From positions 1 through 64,000 of the forward strand of contig CBDATR010000024.1 in the NCBI GenBank assembly GCA_965200155.1: 64,000 bases of DNA, given 5' to 3'. Below are positions 44,216 to 55,247 of the stretch, one piece after another. The DNA is from Nitrosopumilaceae archaeon. Its GTDB lineage: Archaea > Thermoproteota > Nitrososphaeria > Nitrososphaerales > Nitrosopumilaceae. The notes under the pieces were generated by a model that was not told the origin of the DNA, ran no database searches, and saw only the letters and a list, made by a program, of their open reading frames with translations. The translations under genes and the position numbers were made by a program. How positions within the stretch are numbered: the first letter of the stretch is position 1; each line of letters opens with the position of its first letter.

Positions 44216-45505
44216 GTATGAGTTCACGTGTTTTGATCATTCACTAAGATATAGGTATGAGTTCACGTGTTTTGATCATTCACTAAGATATAGATTGGTA
44301 TGGCAATATTTTACTTAAATACCAAATTTGCAATAAGAATCTAATGAGAAGACGCCGGTCCTATAAGGAATTGGAACTGGAAAATAAACTTCTTCAGGAT
44401 ACCCTTGCGTCTACCGAGAAAGATCTTGCACATTACAAGGAACGTGTGAGAGTATTGGAAGCATATGTGTCCCGCACCACAAAAGAAATACGAAATCTCA
44501 CACAAGATTTCCAAATTATTAGGAATTATGTAAATGAATTGAATGAGAAATTAGAAGAAAAACAGGGGAAAATTGCGGTACTCACAACGCGACTTAAATA
44601 TTATGAGAATGCTCACTCGCCACCATCCCTTCAATCCCTCCAGTACAAGAAGCGAAAACAGGGAGATAATAAGCAACAGAAAGAAGCCAGTACTAAATCA
44701 GCCAAAAAGGCTGGCGCTCAAAAGGGACACAAGGGGGTTTCCCGTTCCCACAACCCCGGCAGAGTAGTGCATCACACCTTTGAGTACACACCAATATGTG
44801 AGTGCGGCAATATGATGACAAAAATTGGTTGGAAACAACGACACATAACGGAATTAATACCAGCCAAAATAGAGGAGACCCTTCATGTGATAGAAATGGC
44901 TGCGTGTGGGTGCGGCAAAAAACAACTGGCCCCAGCAGCGGGCGTCCCAAAGAGTGGTAGTTTTGGGGTTCAATTATGCGGTGCCATCACTGCATTGCGT
45001 GCGGAAAAGATTCCAATAAAACGCATACCTGTAATTTCGAAGGATCTCTTCGGCCTGAATATATCTGTGGGTGCGGTAAACAACATAATTGCCAGTATGA
45101 GTTCACCTGTGTCTAAATTTACGCATAACTGATCGCGACAGTTAATGTGATTTGTACATAAGATTCTGGAAGACGTGAACTCATACTACTAAACTGCAAA
45201 AGAAGGTAAAAGGATTGAATAAGGCCATACCAGGCATGTTCGTATTCCTAGAATATGACAGTGTGGAGCCCACCAACAATCCAGCGGAGCAGTGGAACCG
45301 GTTCTGATACGCAGTGGTATTCCGCAAGATTAGTGGCCAGATAAAGGGTGGTGAAAGGGCCATGCGCCGCATGTCCATATGTGTTCAGACATGGAGGGCT
45401 CAGGGCCTTTCTGTAATGAACGAGGTTGCTGCCAGAATGTAATTATAATTAAAAAACTAGGATGTATTCTATCTTATTATATGATCAAAACACGTGAACT
45501 CATAT
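44216..45505 (+). mobile_element. IS66 copy 2, with a 490-bp internal deletion at a MITE
   Basis: Same TIRs and duplicated 39-bp left end as 4721-6433; TSD GATATTTT; transposase from 44344 truncated. Confidence 0.92.
45095..45186 (-). mobile_element. 92-bp MITE at a deletion junction
   Basis: No TSD; flanks correspond to about 5534 and 5043 of the intact copy. Confidence 0.92.
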
Positions 45506-45551
45506 GATATTTTAGGCTCAAAGATAATCTAACGGTACAAGATTAATATCC

Positions 45552-45926
45552 GTGACCAATACAGAAACTGCAATGGTCGAATTTGTACTTGATGAATACA
45601 AACTCATACACGTACGAGACATGATCAGGGTGGATCTGGACGATTTTATCATTATGATGACCGCCACAGAATCAAACATTGCATATTGGGCCGATGGTGT
45701 ACTCTTTGCATGTTTTGCAATGACCGAATCAGAAGCCTTGTCAAAAATGGAGATTGCCGGCGAGACATACATTGAAAAAATAATTATTGCTAAGAAAGAG
45801 ACGTTTACACGTACAATAAAATCTGCCACAAACTTTGAGATACCCGTAGTTAATGTTCAGGATAGCGCCCTATATACAGAACTCATAAACTGGATTAAAA
45901 AACAGCGAATATGGAACCAGGATTGA
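45552..45926 (+). CDS. Conserved hypothetical protein
   Basis: Plausible ORF (YWADGVLF) overlapping the start of tag. Confidence 0.65.
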   Translation: MTNTETAMVEFVLDEYKLIHVRDMIRVDLDDFIIMMTATESNIAYWADGVLFACFAMTESEALSKMEIAGETYIEKIIIAKKETFTRTIKSATNFEIPVVNVQDSALYTELINWIKKQRIWNQD

Positions 45927-46471
45927 AACGCAGATGCTCGTGGGCCATAGGCGACGAAATGATCAAATACCACGACACCGAGTGGGGAAAACCGGAACAC
46001 AATGATAATGCACTATATGAGTTTTTGATACTGGAGGGTGCACAGGCAGGACTATCTTGGAGTACCATACTAAAGAAAAGAGAAGGATACAGAAAAGCTT
46101 TTGCAAATTTTGATCCGCACATGGTTGCCACATATACTAACCGCAATGTAGAGACATTACTCCAAAATCCCACCATAGTTAGAAATCGTAGAAAAATAGA
46201 GTCGGCCATTAATAATGCAGTTCAATTTTTACACATACAGAAGGAATATGGGAGCTTTGACAAATTTGTCTGGGAAGTGGTAGGGGAGCGTATTAAGAAC
46301 TCATTTGATGACATGTGTCTTCCTGCATTTACACCAAAATCAAAGCATCTAAGCCAGGTATTAAAGAAACATGGATTTACGTTCGTGGGACCAGTCATTT
46401 GTTATTCATATATGCAGGCAGTAGGCATGGTTAATGATCATGCTGTCTCGTGTGACCTTCACAACACATAA
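45911..46471 (+). CDS. tag: DNA-3-methyladenine glycosylase I
   Basis: RCSW, YHDTEWG, LEGAQAGLSW, FVGP, GMVNDH..C. Confidence 0.95.
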   Translation: MEPGLKRRCSWAIGDEMIKYHDTEWGKPEHNDNALYEFLILEGAQAGLSWSTILKKREGYRKAFANFDPHMVATYTNRNVETLLQNPTIVRNRRKIESAINNAVQFLHIQKEYGSFDKFVWEVVGERIKNSFDDMCLPAFTPKSKHLSQVLKKHGFTFVGPVICYSYMQAVGMVNDHAVSCDLHNT

Positions 46472-46674
46472 CTGGCACGAGTTTACATATGTCTAGATTT
46501 ACAGATCATAAATAATTAGTACAAAATAAGCACATAATTAAGAAGTAAATTTATGCCTCAATTATGTTATGGATTACAAAAATTGCTAGTATTTTAGAAA
46601 ATATCTTAGTCGTAAATAACTTAGTTGTAACAAAAACAGCGAGAGTTTTTATTATCAATGCAATATTGTAATTT

Positions 46675-47175
46675 ATGAATATATCAAAGAAGATGTCACA
46701 GACACTCAACGAACAGGTCTTACTGGAGATCGAGGCGTCCAACAAATATCTAGCTATGGCATGCTGGTGTGAAGTGAATGGTTACGAGGGTGGTGCATCC
46801 TATTTCTACGCCCAATCCGACGAAGAAAGAATGCACCTAATAAAGTTGGTAAAATTCCTTAACAATACAAATGCGCCAGCAGTAATTCCAGCATCATCCA
46901 AACCTAGTGTCGAATTTGGCGGACTTGAAGATGTCTTGAAAGCAGCACTGGCAGGAGAGCAGAAAGTGACCAAGGCAGTGACCAAGGCAGTGGAACTGGC
47001 CAAAGAAAAAACAGAGATTGCCGTAATGGATACATTACTATGGTTTGCCAATGAACAGGTTGAGGAAGAGACAAAATTCGAGGCGCTACTACAAAAATTC
47101 GATACCATAGGCAGGGATCCTATAGCGATAAACGAGATTGATAAAATACTAGCATCCCAAGCTGCACAAGAATAA
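46675..47175 (+). CDS. ftn: Ferritin
   Basis: E..AS..Y, EERMH, EQKVT, WF..EQVEEE ferroxidase residues. Confidence 0.93.
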   Translation: MNISKKMSQTLNEQVLLEIEASNKYLAMACWCEVNGYEGGASYFYAQSDEERMHLIKLVKFLNNTNAPAVIPASSKPSVEFGGLEDVLKAALAGEQKVTKAVTKAVELAKEKTEIAVMDTLLWFANEQVEEETKFEALLQKFDTIGRDPIAINEIDKILASQAAQE

Positions 47176-47290
47176 TTTTTTTATTTCTAGTATTATATGC
47201 ATAGTTTAACAGTATGCATATATTTATCTACAAGGTCATGATTACGCGAGTATATGGCATTATTACCGCGTAACAACAGCAACTATTATG

Positions 47291-47382
47291 GTATGAGTTC
47301 ACGTCTTCCGGAATCTTATGCACAAATCACATTAACTGTCGCGATCAGTTATACGTAGATTTAGACACAGGTGAACTCATAC
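47291..47382 (+). mobile_element. 92-bp MITE abutting a truncated IS66-like 5' fragment (47383 to about 47570, minus strand)
   Basis: No TSD; neighbour MVRRLTYGELRQEN has the same upstream CTTAAATACCAAATTTG as the IS66 transposase. Confidence 0.88.
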
Positions 47383-47936
47383 GTTTTATTTTGTCCTTGA
47401 GTTTGGGATCAATGTTGTTCCCGCCCATGTGGGACACAGATAAATCGGCCAGTTCTTCCCTGACTAATGCAAGGGATTCACGAAGCTGCTGGTTTTCCTG
47501 CCTCAATTCACCATAGGTCAGGCGTCTGACCATCATATGCCACTTACAAATTTGGTATTTAAGCACTCGGTCAATATTTAATTAAAACATATCAACTTTC
47601 ACAATCTTCCGGAGAGATCGACCTATTTGAATTGCCTCCCACATTTAGCTGCGCACAATACCATATTGATATGCCAAATTAACCACCCCCTTGGGGGCGC
47701 GTAAATAAGCCTGTGATAATTGTGATATTTTGATCAAATTAGTCGCCCAAAGACTTATGGTGACCGCTATAATACAGATGGCCGGGGTCTCGGATCATGG
47801 CATGCTGTATTGAACCGGACCGGTGCCAAGACGGTCTGAATATTGGAACTACCAACTCCTTTTGATACATCCAACTAAATGGTGTATGAAAAATTCTTTC
47901 CGCAGGATTAAAGATGGGGCTGTGGAAAGACGTAAC

Positions 47937-48602
47937 GTGCAATACTGGATATTTCCCATCCGATCCAGATCCTCGGTACTGCTGACTACGCTGTTTGTGG
48001 TTCTGACTTTGGTGGTAATGTCAGGCGCAACCCAGCAGTTCGACCAGGGTGCGGTGACTGCGGCACAAGATGCCGGTGGCAATCCACAGCTGGACCTGGT
48101 CATACAGCTGATCACCGAATCAGGAGATGTTTGGTACATGCTGGGTCTTGGCATAATTATGATATTACTTCGACGTACACGCCGTATAGGGATCACGCTA
48201 ATGATATTCTTGGTTGTGTCTACCATACTGGCGGGATACATAAAGTGCGGTACAGATAGGGAGCGACCTCAGGAACACTACGACCGGATACAGATTCCTG
48301 TGGAGATCAGTAGAGACACATTCGCGCTCTTCTGCCAGGGCGGCTTTGATGCCTCGTATCCTTCTGGTCACGCACTTAGAACAACAGCAATTGCCATACT
48401 ATTGGCATATGCGCTATCGGAACGATATCCACGCGGCGCATATCTTCTGTTCATATATCCTGCGCTGGTCTCTGCTAGCAGAGTGATGGTATTACAGCAC
48501 TATCCTACTGATGTAATAGGCGGTATAATACTGGGTGTACTACTAACCGGAATACTGGCACAACAAACTAAACTGTATCGTATGTTTGAGTCAAAGTCCT
48601 AG
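47937..48602 (+). CDS. PAP2 family membrane phosphatase
   Basis: KxxxxRERP, YPSGH, SRxxxxxHYPTD. Confidence 0.9.
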   Translation: MQYWIFPIRSRSSVLLTTLFVVLTLVVMSGATQQFDQGAVTAAQDAGGNPQLDLVIQLITESGDVWYMLGLGIIMILLRRTRRIGITLMIFLVVSTILAGYIKCGTDRERPQEHYDRIQIPVEISRDTFALFCQGGFDASYPSGHALRTTAIAILLAYALSERYPRGAYLLFIYPALVSASRVMVLQHYPTDVIGGIILGVLLTGILAQQTKLYRMFESKS

Positions 48603-48902
48603 TTTATTGGCCATTGCAGAATCAACCATGACTATTGCATAGTGTTTCTCGTCGTAATGATATGTCCAGTATTTGACATCCCGTGACTCGCCTTTTTTGC
48701 GTAAGCCGTATGAGACCCCAGTGGTGACTGTATATCCTATACGCTGGGCTAGCCTCTTCTCTTTTGGCATGAGTATACGAAAGCCCTTCGACTTGCCCCT
48801 AAACCCCACAGATACCATCTCCGATACCGCATTTTCTGCACTCTTTACATCCTCTATCGTGAACGTCTTGAATATGGGGATGTCTCTGGGATGTGTGGAC
48901 AT
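48591..48902 (-). CDS. Conserved hypothetical protein
   Basis: 103-aa ORF with plausible composition (YWTYHYD). Confidence 0.6.
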   Translation of the reverse strand: MSTHPRDIPIFKTFTIEDVKSAENAVSEMVSVGFRGKSKGFRILMPKEKRLAQRIGYTVTTGVSYGLRKKGESRDVKYWTYHYDEKHYAIVMVDSAMANKLGL

Positions 48903-48948
48903 ATTGCCAAATCATATACCAAGTATAAAAGGAAATATCAAGTATGAC

Positions 48949-49040
48949 GTATGAGTTCACGTCTTCCGGAATCTTGTGCACAAATCACATTAACTGTCGC
49001 GATCAGTTGTGCGTAAATTTAGACACAGATGAACTCATAC
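48949..49040 (+). mobile_element. 92-bp MITE copy
   Basis: TSD AGTATGAC. Confidence 0.95.
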
Positions 49041-49289
49041 AGTATGACCGTGCAATTTTACTCACTTTCTGGTTCGATGTCACGCTAATATGGTAATCCT
49101 TGTGCGCTAGGGCGTTTGTGCCCGAATATATACAAATTTGTATACGGTTTAGTGACATGTAAACGGGTACTATATTATAGGTGTATCAATGATGACAGCA
49201 TGTCTCATCAGTCATGGTGGGCTATTCTGCTTGGGTGTAGCCTGTATGCAAATAAAAACTAATTTTTAGCGTTACAGTAAACGTATTAC

Positions 49290-51305
49290 ATGCGATGGTT
49301 ATTTGGAGTGCTGGTAATTCCTCTCTTGGTACTGGCATTTTATGTACCAACAGATAAGGCTCATACGTACTTGGACAGGAGTGTGCCTTTTGTTGGTGCG
49401 GGCATTGAGAATACGGACTTGGATGGCGCCGGTATAGTAGTGGCGGTGATTGATACCGGTATAGACTATTCTCATTTGGATCTGTACGGATTTGGTCCCG
49501 GCAACAAGGTAATTGGCGGCTACAATTTCATAAACCCACTGACACCGCCCATCGATTACAATGGACATGGAACCCAGGTGGCTGGAATAATAGCCGCTGA
49601 TGGCGGTATCCAAGGGGTGGCACCGGCTGTCAGTCTCCTGGCATACAAGGTGTCTGAAGATGGAGAGGGTGTAAGATCCGAGTTGATTGTGGGGGCTATA
49701 GAGATGGCGGTACAAGATGGGGCGGATATAATTAACATAAGCTTGGGCATAAACAAAACCAATACTTCCATCGATGCGGCAGTAAACAGAGCAGTATCCC
49801 AGGGTGTGTTGGTAATTGCCGCTGCAGGTAATGATGGCCCCTCGCCCAGTACCATCGGTAGCCCGGGACACAATCCCATGGCGCTAACAGTTGGCGCCAC
49901 ATATAACAATCTGACATCCAGCCGAATAGCCGTTCTAGATGTGGACGGTGTCCCTTACACGGTCATGCCCATGCTTGATTCCAGTACGCCCAGGGACAGT
50001 ATAGTGGGACCTATTGTCTTTGGGGGATATGGCAGTGAGTCAGACTTGGCTGATCTGGATGCCGTCGGTACCATATTGTTGGTGGAGCGCGGCAGTATCA
50101 TGCCTGATGAACTGCTTTACTTTTCAATAAAAGAGTCCAATGCCGCAGATGCCGGGGCAATGGCTATGATAGTGTATAATAGCGAGGCGGGCATGTTCTT
50201 TGGGGAACTTGTACACAATATGAATAGGCCAGATTATGAACCGCGCATACCCACGGTCTCCATGAGTCGCGCTGATGGTCTGGAGATAAAAGATTCCATA
50301 CAGCCAGACTCCACGGCACGATTGCGATTCTTCCACAGCCCTGATTATCCTGTGCAGTTCAGTTCCAGAGGTCCGGTCTCCCCTTTTTACATTAAGCCGG
50401 ATATAATGGCTCCTGGAGTGTACATAAACACTACATCAACAAATGGATACAGTGTGGTTAGTGGTACCAGCTATGCGGCGCCTCATGTTAGCGGGGCAGC
50501 GGCGCTACTTTTACAGAGATATCCTGACTTGACACCCGAGGATATACGTTCCTTGCTGGCAACTACCGCCGTTGATGTTATTGACATGTCCGGAGATACT
50601 GCAAGTATAGATGATGCCGGATTGGGCAGAATGGATATGAGGGCAGCCCTGTCATCTGGATTGCTAATACGCCCGCATGTCATTATAGATACAGTTACGC
50701 CGAACAGCGACCCTGTTGCTGTCACTTTGGAGTTAGGGCATGCAGAAGAGCGCGGTCCTGTACAAATCGATTATGATATTCCCGGTGTAGATATACGGCA
50801 CCAGGTAGTGGATGATCTCCTCTTACTAGTTATAAATGCACCCGAAGAGGTGGATGGCCGACTGACCATATCGCATGAGGGTGTAGACCACAGCGTCCCG
50901 GTTATAATACGTCAAACAGACGGCACCATATCCACGACACAGGAGAACGGCAGGCTCTCTTTCCAGATAGATTATCCTGAGGATTGGAGTTTTGCCAAGA
51001 TAACTGCCACCGGCAGAAACGGCCAAACATATGTGACATCGGCCATACCCAGCGACACGTCCTATGTGGACATATATCTTAACGACCTGTACTATATACA
51101 GGCTGATATTGTATCTGGACTGGAGAGCTCCGAGGTCTACGATACGGTGCTTGTGAATACAGTATCTGATGATGCGGCACCCCCATCATACAACATACCT
51201 TGGAGGCCCATTGCAGTAGTGGGCTCAGTCGTATCTGTACTTATGATTGCTGGTGTAGTTATGCATCTTGCGTATAGGGGGGCCCGCGGCAGCAATCTCC
51301 GGTGA
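49290..51305 (+). CDS. Subtilisin-like S8 serine protease with PA domain, membrane anchored
   Basis: IDTG, HGTQVAG, AAGN, SGTSYAAPHV; signal peptide and C-terminal TM. Confidence 0.93.
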   Translation: MRWLFGVLVIPLLVLAFYVPTDKAHTYLDRSVPFVGAGIENTDLDGAGIVVAVIDTGIDYSHLDLYGFGPGNKVIGGYNFINPLTPPIDYNGHGTQVAGIIAADGGIQGVAPAVSLLAYKVSEDGEGVRSELIVGAIEMAVQDGADIINISLGINKTNTSIDAAVNRAVSQGVLVIAAAGNDGPSPSTIGSPGHNPMALTVGATYNNLTSSRIAVLDVDGVPYTVMPMLDSSTPRDSIVGPIVFGGYGSESDLADLDAVGTILLVERGSIMPDELLYFSIKESNAADAGAMAMIVYNSEAGMFFGELVHNMNRPDYEPRIPTVSMSRADGLEIKDSIQPDSTARLRFFHSPDYPVQFSSRGPVSPFYIKPDIMAPGVYINTTSTNGYSVVSGTSYAAPHVSGAAALLLQRYPDLTPEDIRSLLATTAVDVIDMSGDTASIDDAGLGRMDMRAALSSGLLIRPHVIIDTVTPNSDPVAVTLELGHAEERGPVQIDYDIPGVDIRHQVVDDLLLLVINAPEEVDGRLTISHEGVDHSVPVIIRQTDGTISTTQENGRLSFQIDYPEDWSFAKITATGRNGQTYVTSAIPSDTSYVDIYLNDLYYIQADIVSGLESSEVYDTVLVNTVSDDAAPPSYNIPWRPIAVVGSVVSVLMIAGVVMHLAYRGARGSNLR

Positions 51306-52898
51306 CGCATCCTTGAACTTTGCAAAATTATTTACAAATTTTTCTGCAAGTCGCTTGGCCTGTTTCTCGTAATCTTGTGTATTTTTCCAAGTATTTTTGG
51401 GATCCAATATGTCATCTGGCACTCCCGGACAGCTCAACGGAACATCTAGGTTAAATATGGAATCTTTGCGGTACTGGACTTTTGTAAGTTCTCCACTAAG
51501 CGCCGCCGCTACCATTGCTCGACTGTATGCTATCTTCACCCTCTCACCGGTTCCGTAGGGCCCGCCGGTCCATCCCGTGTTTATGAGGTATACGTCAGTC
51601 TTGTGCTTTGTTATCTTTTCTGCCAGCATCTCTGCATACATCTGCGGTTTCCTTGGCATGAATGGAGCGCCAAAACATTCCGAAAAGACGGACTTGGGTT
51701 TCTTTATGTTTCTCTCTGTTCCGGCCAGCTTGCTTGTGTATCCTGACATAAAGTGGTACATGGCCCCCTCTCTGGTCAATTTGGATATGGGCGGTAGCAC
51801 ACCCTTGGCATCGGCGGTAAGAAATATCACCACACTGGGATGGACACCCATACTGGGCACTACCGCTCCGGGAATGTGATCTATTGGATACGCCACCCGT
51901 GAATTCTCAGTCAGTGATCTGTCGCTGTAATCGGGTCTCCCGTCCTCGTCTAGTACCACATTCTCCAGTAGAGCTCCATCGCGTATTGCGTTCCAGATCT
52001 GCGGTTCATTCTTGTGGGTCAGGTCAATACACTTTGCATAACAGCCACCTTCGAAATTAAATACATCCTTATCAGACCACCCGTGTTCGTCATCTCCTAT
52101 GAGCATGCGATTAATGTCTGCTGAGAGCGTAGTCTTGCCTGTACCGGACAGTCCGAAGAATAATGCCACGTGATCATCACTATCCGTGTTGGCGGAGCAA
52201 TGCATGGGAAATATTCCTCTCTGTGGTAGCAGAAAGTTCATAACTGAAAATACGGATTTTTTTATCTCCCCTGCATAGTCGGTACCGCCAATCAGTACAA
52301 CCTTGCGACTCATGTCCACTAAAATGAAAGCGTTGGTTCTAGTTCCGTCTATGTCTGGTATAGCCTCATAATCCACAAGGCAGAGAACGGTAAATTCGGG
52401 GGAATGGTTTTCCAGATCTTGCGTGGTGGGCCGTATGAAGAGTCTACTGGCAAACAGGTTCTGCCATGCATGATCATTTATCACGCGAATTGGGATGCGG
52501 CTACTAGGATCAGCTCCTACAAATCCATCAAACACATACAAACTCTTTCCCTCGACAGATTTTTCCATCTTTTCAAAAAGTGCGTCAAATTTGTCCGCAG
52601 GGAATTTATGGTTTATAGAGTTCCAGTTTACTGCATCGCGAGTTAGATCATCGTACACGATAAATCTGTCATCCGGTGACCTTCCTGTATATTCTGTCCG
52701 CACCGCGATGGCACCGGTGGTTGTGCGAACACCATCTCCTGCCTGTATTGCATGCTCTGCCAGTTCCTTTGGACTCAGGTTCCTGAACAGCCTTGCTGCC
52801 CGTATCCCAAACTCTCTCATCTGGTTCAGTAAATTCGAATTTTCTTGCTCTTCACTCATATCCATATCTACCTCGTTTAATGATTCGAGTCCATTCAC
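51225..52898 (-). CDS. pckA: Phosphoenolpyruvate carboxykinase (ATP)
   Basis: TGRSP, YAGEIKK, GLSGTGKTTLS, LIGDDEHGW, NFEGGCYAK. Confidence 0.97.
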   Translation of the reverse strand: MNGLESLNEVDMDMSEEQENSNLLNQMREFGIRAARLFRNLSPKELAEHAIQAGDGVRTTTGAIAVRTEYTGRSPDDRFIVYDDLTRDAVNWNSINHKFPADKFDALFEKMEKSVEGKSLYVFDGFVGADPSSRIPIRVINDHAWQNLFASRLFIRPTTQDLENHSPEFTVLCLVDYEAIPDIDGTRTNAFILVDMSRKVVLIGGTDYAGEIKKSVFSVMNFLLPQRGIFPMHCSANTDSDDHVALFFGLSGTGKTTLSADINRMLIGDDEHGWSDKDVFNFEGGCYAKCIDLTHKNEPQIWNAIRDGALLENVVLDEDGRPDYSDRSLTENSRVAYPIDHIPGAVVPSMGVHPSVVIFLTADAKGVLPPISKLTREGAMYHFMSGYTSKLAGTERNIKKPKSVFSECFGAPFMPRKPQMYAEMLAEKITKHKTDVYLINTGWTGGPYGTGERVKIAYSRAMVAAALSGELTKVQYRKDSIFNLDVPLSCPGVPDDILDPKNTWKNTQDYEKQAKRLAEKFVNNFAKFKDASPEIAAAGPPIRKMHNYTSNHKYRYD

Positions 52899-53184
52899 AA
52901 TGCCTTATTATCTCTTTGCGGTCAGTCAATGTATTCTGTAATGGGCATTTATTACACAGATAACCATTTTTTCGCAAAGTCTTCGTGACACATACTAGGC
53001 GTATGGACCAGTCTGTGCTCACATTTGTTCATAACGGATTGTAACAGCACACTTGATGGACACATGATCACATGCCGACTACTATTGCAGGTTGGCGATG
53101 GATTACCCTCATACCTGCAGTTATTGATTTTATGTGATTGTACCTCTCCGGATTATTCCCGTCCTTTGCCTGCATGGTATCTTC

Positions 53185-53276
53185 GTATGAGTTCACCTGC
53201 GTCTAAATTTACGCATAACTAATCGCGACAGTTAATGTGATTTGTGCACAATATTCCGGAAGACGTGAACTCATAC
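53185..53276 (-). mobile_element. 92-bp MITE copy
   Basis: TSD GTATCTTC. Confidence 0.95.
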
Positions 53277-53642
53277 GTATCTTCTGTCATCCAGATTTAC
53301 CCTACTCCTCTAAACTGAACTTGGGTGCATACGCGAGTTTGTTTATACGCGCTTTTCTGCCGACTTAAAATTGGCATGAATTCTCCTGTGTTTAAATTTG
53401 CGCGCACCTGTTCTCGGCGATTGGTACAATTTTGACATAAAATTCAGGTACGTCAGATGGTCGCAACCTGCATGTCATGGGACGACAACATTGCTGTTCA
53501 AACGCGGTATTGTAAAATCCGTGAACCTGTACGTGTCTGCCATTATATTCTGATATCAAATTTAAATGGTAATTCATGCATCATAAAAATCGGTTAATTC
53601 ATATCATTTGTACGTACATGATGTTTGACATGCTCATAATGC

Positions 53643-53734
53643 GTATGAGTTCACGTCTTCCGGAATATTGTGCACAAATCACATTAACTGTCGCGATCAG
53701 TTATGCGTAAATTTAGACACAGGTGAACTCATAC
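53643..53734 (+). mobile_element. 92-bp MITE copy
   Basis: TSD CATAATGC. Confidence 0.95.
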
Positions 53735-53948
53735 CATAATGCTTCTGTTAACCAAGAATTTTTCATACTTATTTATATAGAATACGGTAAAATCCAAAAA
53801 AAAATCTACCATAACCGAAAAATGCGTGAAATTAAACCCAGTGCATACATGAATCACCTCTGATACATATTATCAGAAGTTGGACGCTCCATTATCTGGC
53901 CACTATGTGATAGATTTAACTTAAATTGGTTATATGTGGTTCTAACAC

Positions 53949-54584
53949 ATGCTAAGGGATCTGCCTCTCAAGCTGGAATATCGCAGTGATGTTGATGACA
54001 TACTTCGTGATTTTTTCTATCCTTGCCTCGAGCAATGTAGTTTGTATTACGAATGTATAAACAAGTTCTCGTTAGATATGCTGATGTCGCTGATAGCACA
54101 CTATAAGCATTTTGCTGCTGGTGATGTTGTAATGAAGATAGTCATGGGTTATAGATTGGATATAAAAGATATTAACACACTGGCTAATATTTATTCTGGA
54201 AATATAAGCAACTCCAAGAATGCAGATAACTTGCGTGTGATTTCAAATCTTTTACAGACAGAAACACTACGATTACGTGTCGCCATTACTGATTTACTGG
54301 ATGAAAATAGTGGCTTTGAGCGCACTGGTATAATTGGAGATAGTAATGGGGATTACGTGGTATTTATTAATGCAGGCAAAGAGTTGTTCCATAAAAAATA
54401 TGAGAATTTTGAGATCGTGGATGTGTTTACCTCGTGGTCTGATACAGACCGAGCCAACCTTAAGATGAAAATGTTTGATCAATTATGGAATAATGAACTA
54501 AAGCACGCTCAAGTGTATGATTATGATTATGCCACAAAATACAACATACTAAAATATGATTTGGATTGGGTCATAAACGATTGA
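53949..54584 (+). CDS. Stand-alone protein resembling the N-terminal PLD-like domain of SF2 helicase/restriction fusions
   Basis: LKLEYRS..DILRDFFYPCL, GIIGDSNGDYVVF, NFE..DVFTSW, FDQLWNN; the HxK position is degenerate. Confidence 0.55.
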   Translation: MLRDLPLKLEYRSDVDDILRDFFYPCLEQCSLYYECINKFSLDMLMSLIAHYKHFAAGDVVMKIVMGYRLDIKDINTLANIYSGNISNSKNADNLRVISNLLQTETLRLRVAITDLLDENSGFERTGIIGDSNGDYVVFINAGKELFHKKYENFEIVDVFTSWSDTDRANLKMKMFDQLWNNELKHAQVYDYDYATKYNILKYDLDWVIND

Positions 54585-54597
54585 CTACGTTAATTGT

Positions 54598-55247
54598 GTA
54601 TGAGTTCACGTGTTTTGATCATATAATAAGATAGAATACATCCTAGTTTTTTAATTATAATTGCATTCTGGCAGCAACCTCGTTCATTACAGAAAGGCCC
54701 TGAGCCCTCCATGTCCGAACACATATGGACATGCGGCGCATGGCCCTTTCACCACCCTTTATCTGGCCACTAATCTTGCGGAATACCACCGCGTATCGCA
54801 GAGTCTGCTCCGCTGGATTGTTGGTGGGCTCCACACTGTCATATTCTAGGAATACGAACATGCCTGGTATGGCCTTATTCAATCCTTTTGTATGAGTTCA
54901 CCTGTGTCTAAATTTACGCACAACTGATCGCGACAGTTAGTGTGATTTGTGCACAAGATTCCGGAAGACGTTAACTCATACATCCTTTTACCTTCTTTTG
55001 CGTATGAGTTCACGTGTTTTGATCATTCACTAAGATATAGATTGGTATGACAATATTTTGCTTAAATACCAAATTTGTGATAAGAATCTAATGAGAAGAC
55101 GCCTGTCCTATAAGGAATTGGAACTGAAAAATAAGCTTCTTCAGGATACCCTTGCGTCTACCAAGAAAGAACTTGCACATTACAAGGCAGGGGCCATGGG
55201 CCGCCTTGTCCTACGTCTTGCGGCTACCGATAAAGATCTTGCACATT
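54598..55247. mobile_element. Rearranged IS66 remnants: right end 54598-55001 (minus) fused to a left end 55002-55247 (plus)
   Basis: Both begin GTATGAGTTCACGTGTTTTGATCA; C-terminal PTNNPAEQ fragment and N-terminal MRRRLSYKELE fragment. Confidence 0.85.
54890..54981 (-). mobile_element. 92-bp MITE copy
   Basis: TSD ATCCTTTT. Confidence 0.95.

Noticed and set aside
51225-51305. 81-bp convergent overlap of pckA and the S8 protease
   Set aside because: Both tails are low-information extensions; probably stop-codon drift with no evidence of function.
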